Below, piece after piece: positions 33,797-44,922 of a DNA stretch of 64,000 nucleotides (the first letter of the stretch is position 1; each line of letters begins with the position of its first letter). The stretch lies in assembly GCA_043228905.1 (NCBI GenBank), contig JBHGNT010000016.1, forward strand, positions 3,782,001-3,846,000, read 5' to 3'. The translations under genes were made by a program, and so were the position numbers. Below the pieces are notes generated by a model. It worked only from the letters and a program-made list of their open reading frames with translations, ran no database searches and had not been told where the DNA came from. Source of the stretch: Azolla caroliniana. Its lineage: Eukaryota; Plantae; Polypodiophyta.

Positions 33797-36019
33797 CTAA
33801 ATAACCTTTAGAAAGGGAGACTTTGCCTTCATTTCCAGTCTCATCACTTCAATCTTGTTTGCGTCCTCTTGCATGCCCAAATCCGCATAGATATTACTCA
33901 TGCAGATGTAGGCTGGATCATCCTTTTCATCTAGTTGTATTGCATTTTCGAAAGCCCATTTCCCAAGTTTCAGATTTCTCCATTTTCGGCAAGCATCTAA
34001 CACTGTATGCCACACTGCCAGATCAGCAGGAATAGTCATCTCCTTGATAAAATTTATCACCTTATCAAAGTGGCCAACATGGGAAAAAAGATCGACCATG
34101 CAAGTGTAGTGCTGTATTGTTGGAGTAATGCCATAGACTGTATTCATCATCATAAAATACATTTGCCCCTTGTCCAGCAGACCAGAGTGACTGCATATAT
34201 TAAGCACAATCATGAATGTGACATCATCTGGGTTTACCCTCTCTCTTATCATTTTGTTAAACAAATCTAGCACCATTTCATCCTCCCCAAACTGGGAATA
34301 TCCGGTCAGTAGCTGGTTCCATACCATTGTACTTCGAACCTTAAGACCATTAAAGACCTCTTGTGCTTTCACAAGCAAACCACACTTGGCATACATATGC
34401 ACCAATGCATTGCCAACTAAAATATTATCTCCTAAAAACCCATCACGATCAATCTCAAAATGTAACTCTTGCCCCTTGTCAATCTCTCTTATGCTACCGC
34501 AAGCTTTCAAGATGCAAGCATAGGTAACTGCATTTGGAGAAAATCCCTCATTTCTCATCTGTTCAAATGAGACGATGGCTTCCTTATCATATCCATGTTG
34601 TTCATACGTTGCAATGAGAACATTCCACAAGACTGTATCCCGAAAGGGAAGCTCATTAAATAGCTCTCGTACTTGAGCAATATCACCGCACTTACCATAC
34701 ATATCAACCAACGCGGTGCCAACTAAAATATCTTTTCCCAGCAATCCCTCACTAAGAACCATTGCATGTACTTCTCGACCCTTTCCAATTGCTCCCATGC
34801 TGCCACAAGCTTTCAGAACAGAAATATAAGTGACTGAATTCGGCATAATGCCTTCATTTTGCATTTTTTGAAAATAGTTCAAAGCATCTTCACTGCAATC
34901 GTGTTGAGCATGTCCTCCAATCACTGTGGTCCATGAGACTACATCATGAAATGGAAGCTTCTCAAAGACTTCCATAGCTTTAGCAAGTTGAGAACATTTC
35001 ACAAACATATCCACCAATGCAGTGCCAATCAAAATATCCTTTTCTATCCATTTCTCTTGCAAAAGTTTTGCATATATACCAAGGCCCTTATCAGCTGATT
35101 GTGTGACACCACAAGCTTTTAGGATGCAAGTGAAGGTAACTCCATTCGGAGAAATGCTCTTTTGTTGCATTTCCTGGAAACAGATCAATGCTTCATCACA
35201 ATGACCATGCTGATTGTATCCTGAAATCAAAGCATTCCACGAGGAAACATGCGGACAGGTAAGCTTTTCAAGAACTCCTTGAGCTTTAGAAAAAGCACCG
35301 CACTTCGCATACATATCGATCAATGCAGTGCAAACCAAGTCATTTTTGTCCAGCAAACCCTCCATCAAAATTCTAGCATGTATTTCTTGCCCTTTATCAA
35401 TAGCTTTTAAGGCCCCACAGGCCTTCAAGATGCAAACAAAAGTGACTTCACTTGGAGAAATGCCATCATTTTGCATCTTTTCAAAACAATACAAAGCTTT
35501 TCCAGCATATCCATGCTGAGCATAGCCTGAAATCAATGCATTCCACGAGACCACATTTCGTACTGGAAGGTTTTCGAGGACAGTTTGAGCCTTGGCAAGT
35601 GAACCACATTTCACAAACATATTTACTAAAGCACTGCCAATATACACATCCTTTTCAAGAAGGCCTCTTTGGCTGATATCATCATGCAATCTACTTCCTC
35701 TGTATAGGTCCTTTCTGTTGGTGCAATCCTTGAGCAAAGCTAAGACAGTATGACAATCTCCATTATTCTCAAGAAAAGAGCTTCCATTTCCCCATGTTTC
35801 TCTCCCATCGCTACTGCAACAGATAAAGCTCATCCATCGCTGATGCTGATTGCTTCGTGGTGCTTCCATCGAGACCTCGGTTTGGACAGAGGAGAATTCT
35901 TCAAACTTTCTTTCACGTGGCTGCTGGACATCTGGAGGCCTTCTTCGTTTTCTTCTTGGCAGGTCAGGGGTGGGGAGGAAGGGACCTATGCCAGGCACGA
36001 ACTGAGAAACTGCATCCAT
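33797..36019 (-). CDS. PLS-class pentatricopeptide repeat protein with E domain, no DYW (740 aa, intronless CDS)
   Basis: Repeated P-L-S triplets (VVSWNALISGYAQHG / VTFVCILKACG / VGTALVDMYGKCG) and a C-terminal E-type segment WHTVLDACRKW...AYICMSNIYA. Confidence 0.95.
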   Translation of the reverse strand: MDAVSQFVPGIGPFLPTPDLPRRKRRRPPDVQQPRERKFEEFSSVQTEVSMEAPRSNQHQRWMSFICCSSDGRETWGNGSSFLENNGDCHTVLALLKDCTNRKDLYRGSRLHDDISQRGLLEKDVYIGSALVNMFVKCGSLAKAQTVLENLPVRNVVSWNALISGYAQHGYAGKALYCFEKMQNDGISPSEVTFVCILKACGALKAIDKGQEIHARILMEGLLDKNDLVCTALIDMYAKCGAFSKAQGVLEKLTCPHVSSWNALISGYNQHGHCDEALICFQEMQQKSISPNGVTFTCILKACGVTQSADKGLGIYAKLLQEKWIEKDILIGTALVDMFVKCSQLAKAMEVFEKLPFHDVVSWTTVIGGHAQHDCSEDALNYFQKMQNEGIMPNSVTYISVLKACGSMGAIGKGREVHAMVLSEGLLGKDILVGTALVDMYGKCGDIAQVRELFNELPFRDTVLWNVLIATYEQHGYDKEAIVSFEQMRNEGFSPNAVTYACILKACGSIREIDKGQELHFEIDRDGFLGDNILVGNALVHMYAKCGLLVKAQEVFNGLKVRSTMVWNQLLTGYSQFGEDEMVLDLFNKMIRERVNPDDVTFMIVLNICSHSGLLDKGQMYFMMMNTVYGITPTIQHYTCMVDLFSHVGHFDKVINFIKEMTIPADLAVWHTVLDACRKWRNLKLGKWAFENAIQLDEKDDPAYICMSNIYADLGMQEDANKIEVMRLEMKAKSPFLKVI

Positions 36020-36140
36020 ATTTAGCTTGTGTCTGTGTCTGCGGGCTCAATTCCATAGAATGAAGGAGGATCTCACGCCATTCCTCATAAGCTCTGAGGT
36101 TTCTTTTCATTTAAGTAATCAGCTGCTTCTTCATACAGAT

Positions 36141-36617
36141 AGAGACAGGACATGCTCTGTTCAACAAAATTCTTACAGAGACAGGACATGCTCTGTTCAA
36201 CAAAATTCTTACAGAGACAGGACATGCTCTGTTCAACAAAATTTCTTACAGAGACAGGGCATGCTCTGTTCAACAAAATTCTTACAGAGACAGAACATGC
36301 TCTGTTCAACAAAATTTCTTTCAGAGACAGGGCATGCTCTGTTCTACAAAATTCTTACAGAGACAGAACATGCTCTGTTCAACAAAATTTCTTACATAGA
36401 CAGGACATGCTCTGTTCAGCAAAATTTCTTACATAGACATGGCATGCTCTGTTCAACAAAATTCTCACATAGACAGGGCATGCTCTGTTCACCAAAATTC
36501 TCACATAGACAGACAGGGCATGCTCTGTTTACCAAAATTCTCACATAGACAGTAAATGCTCTGGTCAACAAAATTCTTACTGAGACAGGACATGCTCAGT
36601 TCAACATAATTCTTACA
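36141..36617. repeat. Minisatellite, ~33-35-bp unit, about 14 copies, upstream of the PPR start (probably a 5' UTR intron)
   Basis: Unit agagacaggacatgctctgttcaacaaaattcttac is repeated with small variants. Confidence 0.95.
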
Positions 36618-37344
36618 TGACAAACATCAAATGAAACTTGACTTGCATCACACCATAACAAAAATCCTGGAACTGCAACAAAAATCTTTCATGATAATTA
36701 ACCAACCACAAACACCCTTTTCATACCCGGTCACACACGAGAGCTATATGTATATCCTGGTCAGGATGGTCCAAGAAAAACACTTGCCCATCGCGAAGTT
36801 TTTTTTCTTCTTCATCTCAAGACAACACAATTGCCCCCTCGTGTGCTCTTCTTCTCTCCATTACACACATCCATACATCTGACACACGCACAATGCTTTG
36901 GATAAAGGATATACGAACGAAACCCTCGAGGCTCGACTCCACCTGTTCGGTAGCCTCAGAGAAACCAACATAGCATGGTGGGACACTGACCACAACTAAG
37001 ATATACATGTATATCACAAAATGAACGGACAAACATTTGCGCAAAGATGATGTGACTCTCCTTCCGACCATCGAAACATCCATATCCATATCCATATCTC
37101 TATCTCTATCTATCTATCTCTCTATGTTTTCTTCCCTATAAGGCTATATGTATATTATGTATAGGTCCTTTTGCCTAGTTTCTTCCTTGTATCAGTATGT
37201 ATGTATATTATGTATAGGTTCCATATGAATAACTATAACTGCTTGGGACTCCATAGCCGGCCGGCCCTTTTGTCGGGTCTGCAGGAGCTTCCTGCCCTTC
37301 TTCCCTTCTTCCCAGCTGGGAAGCGCCCCCGCAGGTCGGGAGCC

Positions 37345-39569
37345 ATGGCGAACTCCACCACACAGCCGCCCTCCTTCTCACCCTCCCCCTCCTCTTCCCC
37401 CTCCCCTTCGCCCTCTCCTTCGTACCAAAAGTCTGCAAATAAATCCCGAGGTCTCCCTCCCTCCCCTCCCCTTCCCTTTCCTCTCGAACCATTCACCTGA
37501 GAACTCAGATACTGAGCTCGAAGAAATTCTCCGGTGAACCATTCGACGATTTACTGATATGTACATTTTGCTTTTTGTTGTCTCCAGAACTGTCAGATAA
37601 GGTTGTGGTAATCACCGGAATCTCCAAAGGTCTGGGAAGATCTCTCGCCATTGAGCTAGCGAAGAGAGGTCTCACTGTCGTCGGATGTGCTCGAAATGAA
37701 GAAAAGCTTTCAGAATTAGAGAAGTTACTCAGAGATACAGGATCGTCGAAACATCTCTTGAAGAAAGTAGATGTGGTATGGTCTCTTTCTCTTTGTCTTC
37801 TTGTTCTGTGGTATGCATGCTTTTTAGCTCTTCATGTGCATTCCATGCCTTTGTTAGAACCAACTTTAGCCTTCTTTCTTCTATTTCTTTTCTCTTTTCC
37901 TTTCCTTGCCTTTCCTGGAGCTAACACCTGTGCTTTACAGACTTCAGATAGCGGGGTTGAGGAGTTCGCCAAATTAGTCGTCCAAACGAAGGGTGCCCCT
38001 GACATTATTGGTCTCTCCCTTTTTATTGATAAGAAGTTTGCATAGATTGTTAGATCTTGTGAGAGAGGTGTACCGTGTGACCATATCAATGGTGTCATGT
38101 GCGCATTTACGTGCAGGAACAATATATGTAACATTGTGAAGAATGTCAAAGACTTGTATGTCCATGGCTTCTAATAGGATTGCATAGATTGTTAGATGTC
38201 AACACTACTCCTAAAAGTTTGGTTCCCTTCATAATATCAACATTACTCCTGATATTTATTATTCTCTCTTGATGCAAGTAGCATTTCATGTCAAATTTCT
38301 CTCTTCCCGCACTCTGATTTTGCAACTGTTGGGTATATCTTCATTTCAATTGTGGAAGGTTATGAATGTAGTAGAGAGTTTGAATTTTGAGGGGCTGAAG
38401 TTCTATTTTTTATGTTAACCTGGTCAGATATCTCATTTTCCTTTTCCTTTCTTTAATATGCAGTCAACAATGCAGGTATTATCAATCGATCTGGAAAGAT
38501 ATGGGAATTATCAGCATCCGAGTTTGATGCTGTTATAGATGTCAATGTGAAAGGGGCTGCTAATGTAATGAGGCATTTCATACCTCTCATGAAGCAAGGA
38601 ACATTAGTCAATATTACTTCTGGATGGGGCCGGATTGGTGCAGCAGATGTAAGTTTTGATCTATTTGATATGTTATATTTTTCTTTTTCCAGTATGTTTT
38701 CACTACTCAAAAGTTGGTCAACAGAAGGAAATGTGTCTTGAGGACACAGTTGAAAGAATTTGTGAGAAGGAGATTGTTCCTAGATTATGTATGTATTTCT
38801 TTATGGGGTAGTCCAAGGAATCTAAGGTACAAGTATTACGAGTTTGTAGTTATTGCAGCAGCTTTCAAGCTCATAGTTTAATCGACAACCTGCTTGAAAA
38901 GCTTTCATTGAAAGAAAGGAATAAATATTCATCAACATATAGCACATGCATGCCCGTGGCTAGCTATAATCTCTTTAAGTATAATGGCAGCGATATACTT
39001 CACAGCCTAAGTGTGCCTCCTTGAAATGTAACGCTAAAACATGATTTCTACTGCCAAAGTTTCTTTATTCCACAGCCTTTATTTCATCACATTAGATGCT
39101 CTTGTCGTACAAACATTCAGATTTGCCACCATGTAAAATTTATGTACACATTTTGAACGTCTACATGGTCATAAATTTATGTTTCTTAACAACTATATTT
39201 CCTCGAAATATATAAGAAACAAAACTTGGTTCAGGCAGGTTACACCGTATTGTGCATCAAAGTGGGCCATTGAAGGACTAACACAAGCTGTAGCTAAAGA
39301 AGTTCCTCCAGGCATAGCAGTTGTGGCTTTGAACCCCGGAGTTATAAATACAGACATGTTAACCATATGCTTTGGTTCTCAGGCTTCTCTCTATCCAAGT
39401 CCAGATACATGGTGATTTGCGATTCCTTTTTGTTTCAGGCAATATATGAATTCTAGCTTTTTTTATTCCTAACTTCCTGAGCACCTTCTCATTGTGTAGG
39501 GCACCTCTTGCAGCAGATGCTATTTTGGGTGTTACTACAAGTGACAATGCGGCTTCGTTGAATGTCTAA
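37345..39569 (+). CDS. Short-chain dehydrogenase/reductase, NADPH-dependent pterin aldehyde reductase-like; exons 37345-37450, 37588-37775, 37941-38010, 38464-38648, 39239-39411, 39500-39569
   Basis: VITGISKGLGRSLA (Rossmann), NNAG, SGWGR, YCASKWAIEGL (YxxxK) and ALNPGVINT. The sequence closely follows the Arabidopsis pterin aldehyde reductase as I recall it. Confidence 0.9.
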
Positions 39570-41715
39570 AAGTATACCATATCTTTGTATGCAATTTTGA
39601 ACATCAGGATTTCTGCATTTAAGATGATTTCAGTAGTTTATTCACGTGTATATAGTATGACCAACAAATATGGACAAAGCAGAAAAGGAGAAATTTAGAG
39701 GCTTATTTGATTCTGGTCTAAACTCTAATCATCAATGTAGACTTTACCATAACATTTACATGGAGATGTGTGTTTGTCAACGCTTTCTAATTAGTAATGT
39801 AGGCTTTCAAATGGAGGACAAAGTTCTATGTTCATTACATGTACGATGTCTCATGTCATTCCTTTTTTGTCTTTCACTATCCTTGGTTATGGTTTAGTGT
39901 TTAGGGTTTACAACCATTGTAATGTTTTTAGTCTAATCATTTCGTCATGTATGCAGAATTCTACTAGTGAATAATATTTTTATTGGGGAAAAAGGAGTGT
40001 AGGCATCTTTAGGCTATCCTTTTGAATGTATGGCTCTGATTGGGGTGAAAGTTAAGCCAAAGTGTATTATAATATATAATACAGTCTGCCATTAGTAATT
40101 ACTCAGCAGTCATCACATATAGTGATAGGAAAGTAGTCACCCAATTTATTTGTATTGTTTTGTCATATTTGCCTGTTTTTATTAGTTGAACTTTAAGCAT
40201 TCATGTGTAGCCCCTTCTCTTCTTTCTCTTGCTTCAGTAAGTTATTTTTTGTCAAAGTTCTATAGAAAGATCTGAAAAGAGAACGAATCCCTCCAAGATA
40301 AAGAAAGAAATGGGATCATGTCAATCATGGAGAGACTGTTGTCCTTTGTGAAGCATGCACCTTCAATTCAAATTTACATGCCACTTTCTTTGCTAGGTCC
40401 TATTGAACAATCTTACTGTTAGAATGTGAAATTCCATTGGCAATGTGTTGTCATGGTTGTAGATTCCAGGTCCATGTTAAGAACCTTGACGGACAATACA
40501 TGCACTTAAAGGATGTTTTAGAACTACTTGTGAAAGGCAAGCCCAATTTCCCCGAGTGTTTATTGGAAAAAACATTCATAAGATTTTCAGATGCAAAGAA
40601 AAATTGGAAAATTTCTATCTTTACATGTGTATTGATTGACTTATGTGTGCGCAACACGTTTTTATATCACATTGCAATCGATTAGTATAGTACAATAATT
40701 GTCTCTTCAATGTAATGTTGAAACTTGTGACATTGGAAACAGAGATAATAAATTCTAAGTCTGCTCACATTTGTACCCATATTTAAGTAACATTCTAAAC
40801 ATTCTAGCCATGTTGTAATACTTGCCTACTTTTTCCTTCCTAACTAATGGGAAAGTAGCTTCATTTTGAAAAAAAAATACTTGCCTACATTATATGTTTT
40901 TTTATTTCACATGAACATTAATTATAGAAGTAAATAAAGATTGTTATTTGCTTCATTATATAGAAAATACACAAAACGACATAGCTTAAGAAAAAAAACA
41001 TAACATACTTTTTGAGATAAGTTGACCTATGCTAACCATATACTAAAAATATATACAACCTCAATTGCTCTTCATGCTTGATTGCGTTCCTCCATGTCTT
41101 TCTTTATGTAAACCAACTCAGCCATCCTCGACTTATGTAAGAAGAATTTTCCTCATCTGGAAAAAAATATATGCTTTGTCAAGCAAAGTTTCTATAGATG
41201 ACACTAGGGAGGCGGTGGTTGATGTGATGATATGTGACATGAGATCTAACAATGACCTTTCCATGTGGCAAAACATGAATGTGCCAAATTCTGAAAGCAA
41301 ACTTAACAAGATGAATTCGTGTGTGTGAACTAATAACTTAAAAGGCGGAAAGTATTACCTCACAAAGTGTACACTCATCACTAAATAATCTAAATATCAT
41401 ATGTATAAACTCTTTCCCAAGCACATTCTAGTACTACAACAATGAATAACGCTAATTCACATACTTCAGTCGGGGCAATGAAAGATGCTAACAATTCAAT
41501 TTAAATATATTATAGAAGCTCATAGCCCAATAAAAGATAAAAACAACGCATAATCCACTAGCTCTGAACAAACAAAATAAATGTAAACGAGCAAAGTTGA
41601 TGGGATAATAACATAAATGAAGAACGTTTATTTAGGGTCACGATTTGGTAAGGCTTTTAAGGATCTAAGCCTAACTACAAAAGTTGATTGAACAATTGAC
41701 AAGGCAAGACAAAGT

Positions 41716-42105
41716 GTCTCGAGTCTCCTTCTTTGTTATTCTCATCTAAAGTATTGTTACTGGCTTTGGATATATATGACATGTTATGAGCCAACTAGTC
41801 CTCCTCGCACGCTAACCATTCTTTTCTCGGACTCCTCACTATTTTTCTCGTTCAAAGCATTTATCGGGCTCCACCAACACGACGTCTTACGACCAAATAA
41901 GTCGTCGCGAGTCTCCTTCTTCGTCATTCTCATCTAAAGTATTGTTATGAGCTTTGGGTAGTATACATATATGACATGTTGTGAACCAACTAGTCGTCCT
42001 CACGTGCTAAACATCCTTTTTCTCTCGGACCCCTCACGAAATTGCTCGTTCCAAGCATTTCTCGGGCTCCACTGATACAACGTTTGTCTTACGACCAAAT
42101 AAGTC
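41716..42105. repeat. ~190-bp tandem duplication just upstream of the aminotransferase gene
   Basis: cgagtctccttctt.gt.attctcatctaaagtattgtta...ccaactagtc...cgggctccac...gtcttacgaccaaataagtc occurs twice. Confidence 0.85.
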
Positions 42106-42237
42106 TTACAACCTTTTTGTATTCTCTGGTTGGTAGTGTTAAGTGTTGGTGGCGAATACATAACACACACCGGCTCACTCACTACATTAGGATTGAAGGG
42201 CTTTGATTTTTGCATGTGTGGTATACAGGCAAGCCCC

Positions 42238-44651
42238 ATGGACCAGAAACCTTCATCTGCTCTTCCTCTGTTGTTGTCTACCGAGGAGGTGAGTCTGTAT
42301 TTCCTACTGAAAACAAATCATTATGAAGTGTTCGATTGAACTCCGCATGATGTTGGTCAATCTAGCTTTATGCATATATGCATATATGTATGCATGTTTA
42401 GTTAATGTGTGGTTTCATTGTCAAGACTCAAAATGCATTTTATTAAGAGAGAAAGGTTCGATTTTGCTTCCATAGATAATGTTTGCAAATCAAAGAAATG
42501 TTATCAGTTGTTTTCGTGGATCATCTATCTCTTGTATGTTCTCATAACAATAGAAATTCTTAACCCTAAACCCTTCGCTGGCTTATGTGAGCGAGCCAAG
42601 CTCTCCATTTGAGTTATCAGTGGATTATCTCTGGGTGGACCATATGATGATACAATGTAAGATGATCCGGAAAGTAGTAAGTGTTTCAAATTCCCCATAA
42701 TTGGCATTGTCTTTGAGATTTCCTGTAGGCGATGAATGTCATATCTTACATTCACATCGTCTGAGCATGACATATAGAGAGAACTTGCTGTATGCTTGTA
42801 CATTGTTGCTTTTCAATTGAGTTTTTGTCAATTAGCCACTTCATTTACAAAAGCAGAGGCAGTTTGGACTGATTTCAGTTTTCCAGTAAAGTTGTTCTTC
42901 CTGAGATTAACTATTTGGGTGTCTTCCATTCACTGTAAAAATTATTTCTTCATGGTTAGGTTATCTTGAAACTTAAATGCAATGCTGCGAAATATGATTA
43001 CTGCAAGCGATATAAAGCCATGTATTCAAGTATTCTTGGCGGGATTACCACAGATCCAGCCATGATGCACATCCCACTTGATGATCACATGGTTCATCGA
43101 GGGCATGGGGTGTTTGACACAGCTCTCATTATAGACGGGTATGAAGTGTTCTTTGTTGTGTTGCAAATATTTACACCTCTGAATTCGTTTGTAGTTGTGC
43201 AATATGCTCAGATAAATATTTTTATCTTTGATGATTTCTGCCGTTATCTTAACGTATTATGTCATGTAGAGAGTTAGCAATAATACTACTTGATTTTGTC
43301 TACTTCATGTTGTAAGTCCAATTGTTAATACTATGGGTATATACACCTGAAGTTTGAACACATGCTTGATGTCCTGCTGATGAGGAAATCATGTACACAC
43401 ATGCGTATATACATACATATGTATGTATGTATGTACACATGTATGTATCACATTTATCAGACATAGAAGACAGTTAGGTTCCTAATACAACTGGTATAAG
43501 GTAGAGTCAGCCTTAGACCAGTCCTACTAAGAAAACCAAACTGCCTTCACTCTAAACTTTATTCCACCTCAGAGAAGTTAAAATATTGCAACTAAATGCA
43601 TGATGAAAAGCATTTTTGTAAATAACCAATATCTAGTATCTATTCTGCATATGGATTGAGACAATTGGATTTTCCTGTTTTATATTTCTAGATATCTCTA
43701 CGAACTTGATGCACACTTGGACAGGCTTCTTAAATCGGCAGCGATGGCAAGGATTACTCCTCCTTCAAGCAAAGAAATGCTAAAAAATATCCTTGTGGAA
43801 ACCGTATCAGCTTCTTGTAGTCGAAATGGTCTTCTACGCTATTGGTTATCGGCAGGTCCAGGAGGTTTTGATCTTTCTTCGAAAGAATGCATATGTAGCA
43901 CTTTCTATGCAGTGGTAGTAGTCTCTCCTGGGAAACAGTCTGAATCATATGAGTCAGTAAGAGTCATTACATCTTCTATACCAATGAAGCCAACCCAATT
44001 CGCAATAATGAAAAGTGTCAACTATTTACCCAACGCATTGTCACAACTAGAGGCTGAAGACAAAGGTGCATTTGCCGGAATTTGGGTTGATGATGACGGA
44101 TATGTTGCAGAGGGGCCTAATACAAATGTGGCATTTGTAAACAAGGATGGGGAATTGCTTATGCCTCCATTCGACAATATACTCTCAGGATGCACTGCCA
44201 AGAGAATTCTTGCACTGGCCCATCAATTGCTAGAGGTTTCAGAATACCAATCTTGTCCATTGAAAGGAATCAAAGTAGGTCCTATATCAATGGTAGAGGG
44301 GAAAAATGCATCTGAAATGATGTTAATTGGCAGCGGGCTTCCCATTATTCCCATTATCCAATGGGACCAACAAACAATTCGAAATGGTAATATTAGTTAA
44401 GTTATTTTCAAAAATCTACTCACACACTCTCACGTACATTTATTTACACCACTGATATATTATAGAATAACATGCATACATCCAATATTGTGTTATTAAC
44501 ATCTTCTCTTAGTGAGCTATGATAATGTGTGTATACGATGGCAGGCCAACCCGGTCCGATAACTATTGCATTGCGGAACCTTGTGCGAGAGGATATGTTA
44601 CATGGTTCACATACACATCGTGAACCTGTTCCTTACAGAAACTCAGAGTGA
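42238..44651 (+). CDS. ADCL: Class IV PLP aminotransferase: 4-amino-4-deoxychorismate lyase / D-amino-acid transaminase; exons 42238-42288, 42960-43138, 43692-44386, 44545-44651
   Basis: AMYSSILGGITTDPAMMHIPLDDHMVHRGHGVFDTA, YLYELDAHLDR, LRYWLSAGPG, MKSVNYLPN (PLP lysine), AEGPNTNVAF and ILSGCTAKR. The start codon is uncertain because an in-frame acceptor lies at 42229. Confidence 0.92.
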
Positions 44652-44841
44652 ATGAGAACATTCGCACAGTGTTCATTCTGCTCCTTCAACCATTATATAA
44701 GAATAGGGGGAAATATCAATAGAATAAAGAAGGAAATGCCTTGGACCAATCAAACTTGTAAAATCAGTTAGGCGTTGCTACTGTTTAATGTTGTGCAGAT
44801 TCAAGGTGAAAGATGTATGTAATGGAAGATAAGACTATGAA

Positions 44842-44865
44842 GATCTATCTATCTATCTATCTATC

Positions 44866-44897
<32 letters not shown>

Positions 44898-44922
44898 TGT
44901 ATGTATGTATGTATGTATGTAT
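44842..44922. repeat. Compound microsatellite (ATCT)n(ATGT)n
   Basis: Visible directly. Confidence 0.95.

Noticed and set aside
33823-36063. Antisense ORFs over the PPR gene
   Set aside because: Shadow ORFs of the long PPR reading frame.
36027-36548. Repeat-protein ORFs in the ORF track
   Set aside because: They are by-products of the 33-35-bp minisatellite, whose unit lengths shift the frame.
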